From contig NC_045724.1 of assembly GCF_009834535.1 (NCBI RefSeq), forward strand, positions 20,770,001-20,834,000: DNA of 64,000 nucleotides, read 5' to 3'. The position numbers and the translations under genes were made by a program. The notes beneath the pieces are model-generated. The model made no database searches, was not told where the DNA came from, and saw nothing but the letters and a program-made list of their open reading frames with translations. Within the stretch, counting starts at the first letter, position 1. Every line of letters starts with the position of its first letter. Source of the stretch: Camelus ferus (lineage: Eukaryota). Below, piece after piece: positions 24,236-36,682 of the stretch.

Positions 24236-26950
24236 AACGTTTCAGAGACGTCACGCTGAGACACTCTCTCTTTAGTTTGAAGTTTTATGGAGTGCTGTAT
24301 TTAACCCTTTCCCAATGATGTGGATTTTGGTCCCATAACTACTAACTCAATCACTTAAATTCAAGAACCATGGCAGAGACTTAGTTTGCAACTAGAACAA
24401 AGGAAAACACCTACTGGACACTTGACTGCAATCATTATGCTCCAAAACTGCAGACACTGCCTAAGCGTCCACAAGTATGTTAGACAAAAGGAAAATCCAC
24501 GGAGTAACAAAGGGAGATATATGTAAGCCTTTAAAAGGGGAAATGACATGTCATTTCTTGCTTTATCAAAAGACCTGTATTTCTGAGAGAATTTTGGTAT
24601 TGAAAACATCAGTTCTGTTTATAACAGGCAATGCTCTTGGTTGAAATTAATTCAAGCAGAGTTATTCAAGGGACAGTGTATTATGTACAAACCATTTAAC
24701 TTCAGCTTTAAAACGATTTTTCATGTCTGAGAATTATCAAGAAGATACCGGTTTGGATCAACACTTTCCATACACTGGAATAAAACCTGTGGTTTTAAAG
24801 GCTTTTATTTTAAACACAAACGTCTGTGAGAATCTTAAAGGCACAGTTTCAGATCTATTCCTACTCAAAAATTCTGTGGCTGTTAATTTTTTCAGGAGAA
24901 TTTTATTTTACCTCCATTGTCCCCAAATAGCCTTCCCATGAAAAAACGAATTAAAGTAGATAATTCTTCTATCTCCACTTCCAGAAAGGCTGAGATGAAG
25001 ATGGTAATGCTACCACTGCATAAGCTGCCTCATTCTCCCCAGAATATGTATGTAGCTGTTAGCTAAGAAATAGGTATGTTCAGCTTCAAACATGCGCTTC
25101 TCCTTCCAGGATATCTAAAGAAAGGATGTTTGTTGTTTTCCTACTCTTCCTCCCGCCAGCCCTTCTGTCTTTCATGTGATGCTCTTCCTCGGCCTAAGAA
25201 ACTTCAAGGGTTTGTGGCTTGGCATCTCAACATCATGTGAGTGCTCTGCCCGGAGTACCAGAGGCAGATTAAAGGAAAGCAAGTACAAATCTCTGTCCTC
25301 CACCTCTCTCAAGGTCATAGCATTGAAGGAGATGCAGGCTCCCTCCACAGAGATGAGGTTGCTGCTCTTTGTAATCCATGGTGAGATGTTGGGCAGAAGT
25401 GGAAGGCGCATTTTGGGATACAGTGACGCATTGACTCTGCCATTAAAAGAAGAGGCAACTTGGTCCAAGAAGCCCAAGGAGGAATCAACAGATACACATC
25501 TCTGACTCGCCCTCCTTGCTCCTGTCAGGCACCTCCTGGCATTGCAGCTCAACTACAAGCTTCCTTGAAAGGAAAGTAGACACGAAGAAGGAGAGGATGG
25601 CACACGCTCTTTATACTTGGGAAGAAACGTTTGTTAGCTGCTCCCAAGGCTTCAGAGTGACTAATGAAACCCATTAAGTATCTTTGCCCTTGATTGATTT
25701 TACCTAAAATGATTCCTCTGAGTAGCAAGATGATTTTTTTACCAAGTTCCCTTAATCCAAGACAACATTCTCTAGGTTAGATCTGCCTAAAAGTATATTT
25801 TATAGGATTCAGTATACTTTACACTTTCCTGAAATAACCCCACTGTTTTAATGACAGTTGTGGTTGCCAGGCCTTTTGACCTGATAGAAGAGTGATAGCA
25901 ACCCAGTTCCTCAAACTGGCGCACGTTTGGATGGAGCGGGAGGGAGCAGAGAGCCATTTGTCAAAGTCCTTGCTGTGGCCACGGCCACGAGAATCGCTGT
26001 ATGTCAAAGCCTGAAGATACATAGGATTTTGCTCTCTCTTCAGTCATGTGCAAAGGCCACGTTTATTTGTTCGTCTCTTCTCCATCCCCCTACCTCAACC
26101 CCAAAAGTTACATTTCCATTAATAGGAAAATGTGGCTGCTTTTTGTTGTTTGATCCAAGCTTCCGAGTGAATTATCTGGCCAAAGCAAAAGGCCTGGGGG
26201 CCCCTGGATACTGGAGATGATATACGAGACACCTCTGTGGCATCAGCTGGGAAACCGGTCAACACTGGAATAATCAAAAGTGACCTGAATGCAATAATAG
26301 CTTGTGTGACAGTGAGGAGGGGACACAGGAGGCAGGTGGTCTATGTGATGGAGGATCAATACTCCCGTAGAGGGGATAAAATAGATTCCAAATGGAAAAT
26401 AAACTCATGCAGAATCCGTCCAGGAAGACAAGAGGAGAGAAAATAAGTCACACAACAAAGAGAGAGTAAGGACGTGTGTGGGGCCCACGGCTGACAGTAC
26501 GATAAGAACTGACTGTGTGAGAGTCCACGGCAGAGGATGGGGGCATCGCAAGCCTTCAGAAGCCAGAGTGACCCACCTGAGCCAGGAGCTTCTCTACTCC
26601 AGTTTAACAGGCTTAAATATGTCATTACTGGTACCATGTGTTGACAACCTCAACAACTCGATTTGGTTAAGTGAGACCTAGTTTTTAGTAAGAAAACAAG
26701 GGCAACCTATATTTCATTTCTTTTGAAACTATATTTCAATGAAAAGGGAGATAGATAGAGGTAAATCTCATTTGCATTATTTAGTTCAAAAAGAGATGTT
26801 GCTTTGATGTCATTGCGTGTATTTGCAAGTGCTTCCTTGCTCTCTTGGGAGCTGGTGTGTATTAACATCCCATTCCTCTTTTTCATTATTGCTACCATAG
26901 ATATTAAAATACACATGCTCGCACAGAGACACATATGCGCGTGCCCAAGT

Positions 26951-26951
<1 letters not shown>

Positions 26952-26985
<34 letters not shown>
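26952..26985. repeat. (CA)17 microsatellite
   Basis: Uninterrupted CA run, preceded by alternating purine-pyrimidine sequence. Confidence 0.97.
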
Positions 26986-26990
<5 letters not shown>

Positions 26991-27289
26991 AGCTGATAAA
27001 ACTGTATAGCAGCAAACTCCAGGATGAGAACTTTCTCCAGAATTCAGTTCCAAACATAAATAAAATGAAATACTCTGACAAACCTTAATAAAATTTCACT
27101 AGATTAAAAAACAACGTTGAAATTTCAGGATTCTGCGTTCCTGTCGTGGGTGGTGTGACTCTGTGCTTTAAGGGAGTCACACTCTTCTGGAGTCAGGCCT
27201 GGAGAAGGTTTCAAATCTCATTCAAACGGTGGAACATTGCATCGTCTCCGGCATCATTGAGATGTCTTCCTTTTATGTTTCATAATGGA

Positions 27290-28030
27290 AACATGCAATG
27301 TGTCGTTGTGCCGATGCCTGGAGCGGGGCGGGGCATCTCATTTCTCAACCGGTGCACAAGGCGGATTTTTCTCCCAACCCCTGAAAACCTAGGTGGAAAT
27401 CAGGTGTCAAGGACTGCGATTTTCCCGCAGACACAGATTTAAAAAGCTCTAGCTAGTCCTGCAAGGCAGCGGAGGCGCGGGCTGCTGCCCGCCCCGGCGA
27501 GCGCGCAAAGATGCTGCCACGACGGCCGAGACTCCGCGAGGCGCAGCGGGGCGCTCGCCCGGCGCTGGGAGCGCTGTGAGCTGCCCTCCTCGGCGTGCCC
27601 TTCAGGCGCGCCTTTCGTTCCTGCGTCTCCACGGGGCTTCAAACGGGCCTGCTTCCCTGCCCCTCGGCTCTCGCTGCCGCGCCCGTGAGCGCCGTGAAGG
27701 CAGGGCTGCGCTCTCCGCTCGCAAGGAGCCGGGGTCCGGCACGTGGTAGGAAGCCCGCCTCTCCTCGCTGGACGGATAACTGGAGTAATAACCTTGACGA
27801 AGCCTCCTAAAGGCGGATCACTTCCTGAACCTGGCGGGCAGCTCTGTGTCCCTGAAGGAAGACTTAGAATTGACAGTGGCCGACGTCCCTGCTGCCTAGA
27901 AGGGAAGAAAAGCCGAACGGGCCCCTGCTGCTGAGGACAGGCGCCTTCCTTCCCTTTCAGTGAACCGTCTCGGGGGCTCAGCCAGTGATTCCCAGTGCAG
28001 CCTGCAGTCACGCGCCGCCCCGTGCTGGTC
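27290..28030. promoter_or_regulatory. CpG island / putative promoter
   Basis: Sharp rise in GC and CpG density (e.g. 27460-27760) against an AT-rich background. Contains GC boxes (ggggcgggg, gcccgcccc), a CACGTG E-box ('ggcacgtgg' ~27740) and an ETS-like 'cacttcctg' (~27820). Confidence 0.85.
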
Positions 28031-28188
28031 TTTGCCTCCTGCCTGGAATGTGCTGGCTCTTAAGGTCGGTCTGAGCAGGGGTCTGGGCCACTTGTGTGTC
28101 TGTAACCCCACCAGCCAGTGGCATGCTGCTTCCAAAGTCAAAACCAGGATCCAGGTTTTTCCTTTTGACCCTCTTGTGTGATTTTGGG
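27961..28188 (+). ncRNA. Candidate plus-strand exon (228 nt) at the CpG island edge
   Basis: Acceptor 'ccttccttccctttcag|TG' and donor 'GGG|gtgagt' (28189). A possible upstream donor 'GCT|gtgagc' lies at 27576. Confidence 0.4.
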
Positions 28189-28226
28189 GTGAGTAATACA
28201 AAGTCGAGATGATACCTGGATGATGA

Positions 28227-28280
28227 CAGCTCCAGCTCCAGCTCCAGCTCCAACTCCAGCTCCAGCTCCATCTCCAGCTC
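28227..28280. repeat. (CAGCTC)9 hexanucleotide repeat
   Basis: Nine units: seven perfect plus one CAACTC and one CATCTC. Confidence 0.95.
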
Positions 28281-28664
28281 CAAGCTTATGGCCAAGCTAA
28301 CCTCCATGCCTGGGATAAAAGACCCAGAGAGACTGTGGGCTCCTCCTGCCACTGCCTGCTCCCTGGTGGCCCGGCCCTGCTGGCCGAGCTGCCCCGCTGA
28401 AATGTGCCAACGCGGCGTTCGTGGCTGTGTGCGTTCAGGCGGGCAGGGCATTCGCTGTAGCTGCTGGACGTCTCCTGGATCCTAAGAGCAGCCATGTCTT
28501 TTCCAGCCTTTCCCTTAGGAAGATCCCAAACCACACTCTGCACAATCATCTCTTCTTCCGGCCCTGTCACTTGGAAAGTGAAGGCTACAGGGACCCTTAC
28601 ACTTAGAGGCTGTACTAACTCTAGAATTCGGCTGGTATGTTGAGGGATGCTCTGTCCGCCACAG

Positions 28665-28682
28665 GATGCGCCATCTGCTCTT
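28665..28682 (-). promoter_or_regulatory. Candidate CTCF site
   Basis: Minus strand reads AGAGCAGATGGCGCAT, close to the CTCF core CCASYAGRKGGCRS. Confidence 0.4.
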
Positions 28683-31600
28683 CTGTAAGCACAAGTGACT
28701 GAATCCTTCAATTGACTCTTTATCTGAAGGAGAGTTAAAATGAGTTGTCAAACATTTTCAGCTCAGGACCACATTCAAGACTCTTTTTCTTCACGTGGTT
28801 CTTTGCGTAATTAGGACATTCCTAAATGTATTAAAAAGACCTTTAGTCTATTTACCTGTGTAATCATTTTCAAATTTAACTGTCAGCAGCGAATCAAGGA
28901 AGATCTAATGTAGAAATGTCTTCTGTATTATTAAACAATGCATTTAATCTCCAGCACTTTTAGATAAATATTTTAGTCTGGGGCAGGTGGATAATGTTAG
29001 CCCTCACCACAATGCATAAACACACATGTATACACACACTCACATGTGCATCAAACACATGCACACATACACTTTTACCTTTTGGAAAATTGCTACAAAC
29101 TTTTTTCTAATGCCAGAAGCTAGAGGATATACCAAAGAGAATTAAAGTCCTTTGTGATTTAATAAGGAGTTAAATGAAAGGAATCAGAGTGTCCCTTTTG
29201 CTCAGACCCCAGCCTCTATTTGTTCATTATTTGTGGGTTTTAGACGACCCCACTTCCCAAAGGCCTGATTACATAATCTTGTTCTCTGTGCACCACCTGT
29301 GAGGACCTCACCGTGGGGGCTAAAAGACTTTGTGGGAAGTATTAAGTGTGTTTTATAAGGAAAACTATGTTTTGCTCTTTTGAAGCTATAAGCATAAGAA
29401 AAGGAGTCCTTTGCTGTGTTGTTTTTAATGTATTCACTTAGTTGTCTATGGGAGCTCTCCTGACTTGATTTCCCTGCACATTTGATGTTTGTTTGAACCC
29501 AACCACCTGCTACTATATACAAATGAGTGACTTGGGAAATTTTTTTTGTTCCTTAATTTATCAAATCCCAGACTGATTCCTGAAAAAAATAAATATTCTA
29601 AGAAAAAAAATGGGGGAAATAGATGTTTATCTCTCCTTTTGGAATAAAGAACAATGAAGACAGCATGAACAAGGGACTTGCAAAAGGAAAATGTGGCTTT
29701 AGAAAAAATTATTCGCAATATGGATAACAAAATTCATCCCAGGTGAAATTTATTCTTTAAAGAAGTGGATGATTTCGCTAATGCTCTGAATACAAATGGT
29801 ATGAAGATATTCAGGCACTTTATCTAGCCACCTGGATGGGCTTTTGGATTCTGTGAAATTCATTTTTCTTTACTCTTAAAACGTCATTTATTTTCTTTAT
29901 CTAGATATGTAAGGGGGGAAAAGAAACAAACAAAAATAAAAATTACTACAGAGGGAACATGAGAAATCCTTCCCTAAACAATGAGGGTTGTGGAAAGGAG
30001 GCCTTCACACTGACTCTTTCCTCGGAGTGAAAAACAAAAACAAAAACAAGTTGAAGATATTTTCCCTTGAAAGCAGCAAAACGATTTGTATTCTCAGAAT
30101 TAGCAAAATGATTCTGTGTTCTCAGAAGTATCTAACAATTCATGGGAAAAACTAGAACTACTAACCTATTGGTAATGATATCTTAAAGTGGGAAGGAGAG
30201 GAAACTGAGGAGGCAATTTTTCTAAAAATGTCAGTGTAAGAGGAGTCAGAGACTCAAAATGATCTGTCAATCTTAGAGCAAGATTTTTGAAATAATAATT
30301 TGGCAACCCTGATCTCTAGAGTTTTGCCTTTTTATGCTAAGTGTGTTCTATCTATTTTCATTTAATCTTCCTTTTTCATAAGGTTTAAGATAAATCTTCT
30401 GATATAAAACTACTGAATTAGACAAATGACATTTGTCTGATTAATATCTCTCATAAGCAAGGACTCCATGACCTCTGCATGTTTCTGTCAGGTGTCATTT
30501 AGGCCACATTGAAATTTAGGCTAGGATCAAGGAGAGACTGGGTAAAGGCTTGAATTCACTGTGATGGCGTGTCTTTCCGATTGGCAGATAATTAGTGTGA
30601 AATAACTTTTCACATATATGGGATGCCACGTATGTATAAGAGGGGAGGAGGAATGGTGTCAGCTCAGAGCATCTTTTATTTCAAAAATAAAATAGAATAA
30701 ATTTGAAATGAATTCCCCAAAGCTTGTAAGCAGCTTTCACTCACCTATTTGGCATCTGTTTGCTTGCATTTATTTACCGTATTTGTATTTCTATGTGACC
30801 CACAGGAAACCAGTTTAGATTGCTGTTGGGGAAGGTTGCACTGATAATTTAGATTACCACAAATATCCTTAATGTGATATTTTTAATCACTAGCTAATTT
30901 AAATGGTAATAGTTAAGATTGTAGTTATAATCTCTCCTTTACTTGTTAGGAATATATTTAGCTGTAGGTAATGAAGTACTAAACTATAACATCTTAACAA
31001 AATAGGTGTTTGTTTTTCCCTCACACAGAAAAAAAGAAGGTAAAAGGCAAGCTGTTTCTGATGTGTGTCAGACAGCTCCAGGACAGCAAGCCAGACATGT
31101 TTTCTCCCTTCCAGGCTCAAAGTGGCTGCCCAGCTCCAGGCATCACTGCTGCATTCGAAACAGGAAAAGACGTGAAAAGCAGTGTAAACCTTGTCTATTC
31201 TTCTATACAAAAAAGGGAAAATCCTTTCCAGAAACAATCTTAACAGACTTCTTCTTAGCTTCCATTGGCAGAACTGAGCCTCGTGGCCACCCCTTATGCT
31301 TTGGAGACCAGGAAAGCAAGGAGAAGAACATGATTGCCATAATTGGTTTTGGCTAATTACAATCTCTATCAAATCCAGGATGGCAAAGGACATCACCATT
31401 CTGAACAAATGGGGGCTTCTGTTAGAGAAAAAGGAGAATGGAGGTTAAGCAGACAATAACATTGTCTGTCTTACGTCCACACATAGAAAGCAGTGGTTCT
31501 CTTGCTTATTGCCAAAATACACAACATGATGCATGAGCTTCGATCTTCAAACTCAAATTGTTTGTACCATTGACAGCAGGCACGCACATCATCTTGGTAT

Positions 31601-32519
31601 AAAAAGGAGCACACTTGCTACTAATTTCCACAGGGTCCCTCATATCTTTCATTAGAACTAATGTTACATTGGCAGCAGAACTTAACCAAAGTATAAATAA
31701 AATTTCTTAATTTTCCTGCTGTCATTTGAAAAGGACCTATCCATGTGTTCAGGCTCCATCTTCTCTACATTTGCTCTCCAAGGCAATAAGGAGCAGGTTC
31801 TTTGGTTCTTTGTGAGATGCTCAGACCCTCCTCAGTCTCTGAGAGAGTTGACAGGACTTAATGGAAGGCTCAGAGACTCTGGCAGACCCGAGCTTGCATC
31901 CAAGTTTCTTCTCTTACTTGCTGCCTGATCTTCGGTAAGTTACTTAACCCTCTTTCCACCTCATTTTTCTCATCTGGACACCAGCCAACCATTTCTAACT
32001 CATGCGTGGCCACGAGCACGCGGCAGACCAACGCTCAGGACACCTGTTGTGCCTCCATCTCTCTCCCTTCAAAGAGTAGCCTATCCTGGGCACCAGCCCA
32101 CTGCGGACAAGAGCCACTGTCTTGTTTAGGGTTTTAATATTGGTTTTAAATCTCATCCTTAAGTCTGCAGAGAAAAACCTTTCATTTCCTATATTACAAA
32201 ATGTCTTTTATTTTATTGGGATAAAAAATGGATTCAAATTCTTCCAAGTTTCAATCTGCAGGCCTAGAAAATAGAAAACAGACTTGACAATTCTTGGAAG
32301 TTGGAGTCTGGAGGCTTCGGAAAACAGATATATCCAGGTTGCTGGGGACGAGGGAGGGGAATGGAGTTCCTGGACTGGAGAGGATGGGCAGATTCGGACA
32401 CTGGAGTCAAGTCTTTCTTTCCTGCAACCTTCAGCCCTCATTCGAGTAGCTGATCTCTCCTCTAACTTCTTTCTTTTTCTGAGTTTATTTTATACCCAAT
32501 CTAACTTCTCAGTTTTGTG

Positions 32520-32660
32520 ATTATTTTATATGTGTTATTTGCTTTTTCAACTGTAAAAAGAGGATAACAATAATAACATCTTTTTCAGCGGAATTATGTG
32601 AAGATTAAATGAGATAATGTCAGTAAAAGTGCCTGGCACAATACTTGACTCATTTTTGGT
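32520..32660 (+). mobile_element. MIR SINE
   Basis: 'ctgtaaaaagaggataacaataata...gtgaagattaaatgagataatg...gtgcctggcaca'. Confidence 0.75.
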
Positions 32661-34589
32661 CCTTCAAATATATGCATTAAGTGTGTATGTATGTCTTCTG
32701 ACTACTTACTCATCAGAACTTTGCAAAGTAATTTTCATCCTTCTTTGAATAGTTTGGGATTTTTTTTATAAATTTCCAACATTCTCCATTTTATTCATTA
32801 TGGTCTTTCGGAAATCTTCCCGAGGGATTTAAGGTTCTAACAGATGCTCTGCCTACACTGAATAAACATTTCCAAACCATTACATTTATATTAAAAATCT
32901 TTTTTTCATCTATCTGCACAATTTTGTCTACAGCACAGACTGCTAAAGTTAAGTCAGTGGGGAATAGACTTGATGTGACTTTTGTCTCGAAATAGTCCCT
33001 GAAAACAGCAAAAGCCACTTTTCTAAAGGGAAGTTTTGATGAAGAGACTTGCAGGGCAGAACCGGTTCTCATACTAAAAAAAGAAACACCCTGCACGCAC
33101 CAATAATTCCTTCCCAAACATGCATTTTATGATGGGTAGACACAGCCTTAATGGCAAGTTAACACTGTATTGAAGGGGTTGTTTTTGAAAATTGGAGACA
33201 CATTAGGCATGAATCTCATTTATGTAGAACAAGAAAGAGCAGCTATGCTACTTACAAAGCATTAGAACAAAATCCTGATCACAAATAAGATAAAAAGTCA
33301 CATGTAGTGTTCTATAGTAAATTGATTATGCTGATTTTGGTATCTTTTCTTTCCTATTCCCCAAACTATTTAAGTAATAAAGTTTTAATTGCTGTATGTA
33401 CCAATTAAGAGTTCTTGGCAAAATGTTTGCAAGTAAATAATAAATGATGCAAACCTATAAATAAAATGAAAATATGCTAAAATAGTAATGATAGACTGTA
33501 CGTACAAATGAGCACACTGGGGGCTTCCCTGCAGAAGAAGGGAAGAGCCCCTCCCCTCCTTCATATTGCCATTTTTTTCTGCAGCAAGGGAAAAGCCACC
33601 GTTAGCAAACAAAAATTGCTTTTCACTTTGCCAACGAGATAAATAGAATGAAATTTCAATGAAAATGACTGGGAAATGTACATGATTGATGCTAAATTTG
33701 CAAAAATTCCAAAGATATGGGTACAGTTTGTCACAAAAATTGATGTCGAAATCTTTTTGTTTTGTCAGAAAAATTATGCAAAGAAAAAAAAATGGCCAAT
33801 TTTCCTCCTCCAGCTCTTGTCCTTGCCTATTCTAGAATCTGTTTGCTTTTTGAAGAAAAGAGACAGGAGTATTTTTACTTTTAAATCTTTTATTTCGCTA
33901 ATCACTAAGAATCTGTGGCAGACATGTTTCTGCGGGAGCTTTCATGAAGATAATGGGTTTGCATCTGGCCCTCACAGCATATGAGGACGACCAAAGGCGG
34001 AGCCTCACATGAAAGCCCTTTGTAAACTTCAAAATGCACCCAAAATGTTCATTTTCCTTATTAGCTAAATTCTGACTTAGATGCATTTAAATACTGTTTG
34101 TGGAAAAGAAAATGATATTCTAAACTCAGAATCAAAGGGAAATTAGATAGCCTTAAAAGTGAGGATGGAAGATAAGAAAAAAACAAAACATGCTTTTACG
34201 AAGATTTATAGATCGGACCTATATTCAGTCCTTATCTTTTATAACAACAGCAGTTCACTTTTTTTTTTCCACAGATCAGAGGAGCCCCAGACTCTTGTCT
34301 GGGTCTTCTCTGAATACCCAGCCCTTAAAATGTAGGAGGTCCATGGAAGGAGGTCTATAAACACATATTCAATGAGCAAATGGATGATTGGTTACTAAGG
34401 AGCAGGTATAGGGCTGGGATTTTGTGGGTTTTTTAACTTGCCATAGTTTATGTCATCTGTACATTAAACATATGAAATAGGCTTGATCTTCAATTTTTGA
34501 TAAGAAAACTAAAAATTGGAAAGGAACTTGTTACACTCCAGGAAATGCAAGCATTTCACATAATGACATCATTTAACCTTCACTTCAGT

Positions 34590-34730
34590 CCTAGGGGGTG
34601 GGCTCTGTTATCCCCATTTAAAGATAAGAAGACTGACACAGATAAAAAGCAAACTTCTTTGCCTAACAAGGGGGCCCCCTAAGCAGGATCTGATCCAGGC
34701 AGTCTAACCCCAGAGACTGCACTCCTAGTG
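34590..34730 (-). mobile_element. MIR SINE
   Basis: 'ttatccccatttaaagataagaagactgacacaga...ggatctgatccaggcagtctaaccccagag'. Confidence 0.65.
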
Positions 34731-35476
34731 TGAATATTACTCTGCCTTCCCTGCTAAGGGCACACAGGGAGAACATGGTACAGACAAGGGTTTGTATCCA
34801 ACTCTGCTTGACTCCAAAGCATGGTCTCTTCGCATCTCACATCCAGAAGAGTATTTCCAAACGTGCCAAAACAGAATAGGGGAGCAAAAAAACAAGTTGG
34901 ACGATTGGGAAAGTCTTGGCAGGAAAAACTGAAGTTGATAAGCCCTGCTTCAGGGGCAGTTTTGCTGAGGAGACAAAGAAGAAGACAGCATGGACACCAG
35001 GGAAGCTCACCAGATCCAGGAGAGGGTCTGAATTCCACCACTTGTGAGTGGATGACACTGAACTCTAATGCAGTTGATCTAAGATTCAATGAGAGAATCG
35101 AGTAAAAGAGAGAAGCAAATCCTACACATCTCGGGTTTTAACCAAAATAAGCTGGACCATGAAGTTAGGAAAAGCCACTATTAGTGGCAGTACGGTTTAA
35201 TTTTTTTTTATAGGCACTATTGGTTGTAATTGGAAAGTAATAGACCATGTCTGGTTTGGAGGGAAGGAGCATGTGACCTTCAATCCTGTTTCTTTGAAGG
35301 CTTTTCTGTAAATCTGCTAGAATCTTCAGTTGAACCATAACGTTGGCTTCTTCTTTTCTTTAAATAAGTACAGAATGCTCTGGAGTAAAGATCATTCAAA
35401 ATTCAATTTGTTTTCGAATCAGATATGAGGTATTTTTTACAGAATGAAAGAATGATAGCAATGAAAAGGACTTCAA

Positions 35477-35567
35477 GGAGGTGAATATAGCTCAGTGGTA
35501 GAGTGCACGCTAAGCATGCATGTGGTCCTGGGTTCCAGTTTAACAAAAAGGAAAAAGAAAAAGAAAA
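35477..35567 (+). mobile_element. Short Vic-1-like tRNA-derived SINE copy
   Basis: 'ggaggtgaatatagctcagtggtagagtgcacgctaagcatgcatgtggtcctgggttc' followed directly by an A-rich tail. Confidence 0.8.
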
Positions 35568-35672
35568 GCTCTCAAAAATGCATGTAATCCAATCCTGTGT
35601 ATTTAAGCCCTGTTTCTGCTAAACGTCTTTGAAATGGCTCAACCATGAACCCCTTCAATTAACCAGAGTCTA

Positions 35673-35748
35673 CTTAGTATTCATTATGTGACAATATTTA
35701 TTGAATAATTCTTAGTATTCATTATGTGACAATATTTATTGAATAATT
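35673..35748. repeat. Perfect 38-bp tandem duplication
   Basis: cttagtattcattatgtgacaatatttattgaataatt occurs twice, at 35673-35710 and 35711-35748. Confidence 0.95.
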
Positions 35749-35799
35749 CTCTGTATCATGTACAGCATTAAACTGCATTTGGATTGTCTCGTTAAATTC

Positions 35800-35960
35800 A
35801 CACAATTGTCCTTAGGAAGAGTGCGTTTTTTATTGCCATTTCACAGAACAAAGGCCTGGAACATAAGGAGACTGAAGTTCTATCCAAGATCACAGAAGTC
35901 ATCAGTAATCCAACCAAAATTAGAACTGGGTGTGTCACTCCAGAGCCCAGGAAGCTAATC
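35800..35960 (-). mobile_element. MIR SINE
   Basis: 'ttattgccatttcacagaacaaag...aagttctatccaagatcacag...tagaactgggtgtgtcactccagagccc'. Confidence 0.6.
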
Positions 35961-36221
35961 CTCAAGCCACAGGGAGACTGTGCTTGGGGCTATGTTAATG
36001 TGTGAAATTTTGCTATTTGGAAACAATATTCAATTTATAGAAAATTTGAAATAATAAGACTAGTAGCATAAGAATAGTACATAGAACATCATCATGCCTC
36101 GTACATAATTCATCTGTTAAAATTTTCCCAGTTGCTTTGTCCTTCACAAGATAGATAGATAGATGGTGATAAATAATGACAAACTGATAGATGACAGAAT
36201 GATAGGATGACAAATTGATAC

Positions 36222-36682
36222 TGTGAAGGGAAAAATTAAAATTGAGTCAGTGTTGCTAAGACAGCGCTCTAAACTGGAGCCGGGAGGCCATTACAGAAGC
36301 GTGACTTACATCTCAGCCTGCAGGGAATCGGACCTTCTGACCGCTGTTCTAATGAAGTCATCCAGAACTTCTACCAGAAACTCAAGATACTTGAGGCCTT
36401 TACTCTAAAATAACTTGTGACAGCCTGTCTCCTTACTGGACCCCTATCCTGTAATAACTCATGATTCCTTAATAAGGACAAACATTTTCCAGCTCCAGTC
36501 AGTCAGTTGATTCAGACTGTGGATTCTCATGGCTCTGTGTCTTTCTAAGCCCCTGACTCTATGTCTTTCCCAAACACTCTTTTGCTCTTACCCTATGCTA
36601 TGTCTCCTGAATTGCAATACCTAAGACCCCAAATGGACTCTTTTCTTATTTGCAGCCTTTGGCATTGTTTTTTTGGTTGACA
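36222..36682 (+). mobile_element. ERV1-class solo LTR
   Basis: TG...CA termini (tgtgaaggg...ttggttgaca), 461 bp, with a near-matching 4-bp TSD (atac/ttac). Inserted in a GATA-rich tract. Confidence 0.65.

Noticed and set aside
25172-25552. Overlapping 126-aa (minus) and 109-aa (plus) ORFs
   Set aside because: The minus ORF is preceded by an in-frame stop between it and the acceptor at 25563. Both use non-ATG starts and show no recognisable homology.
27439-28451. The two longest clean ORFs (190 aa and 147 aa, minus strand), overlapping by GTGA like coupled bacterial genes
   Set aside because: Both start at non-ATG codons and lie in GC-rich island DNA where stops are rare. The peptides are low-complexity, one includes the hexamer repeat, and translational coupling is not expected in a mammal.
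30899-31408. 169-aa minus ORF with two overlapping plus ORFs
   Set aside because: Non-ATG start, no domain-like features and no flanking splice signals that I could support.
31598-31605. TATAAAAA box
   Set aside because: An isolated motif with no supporting downstream exon or CpG context.
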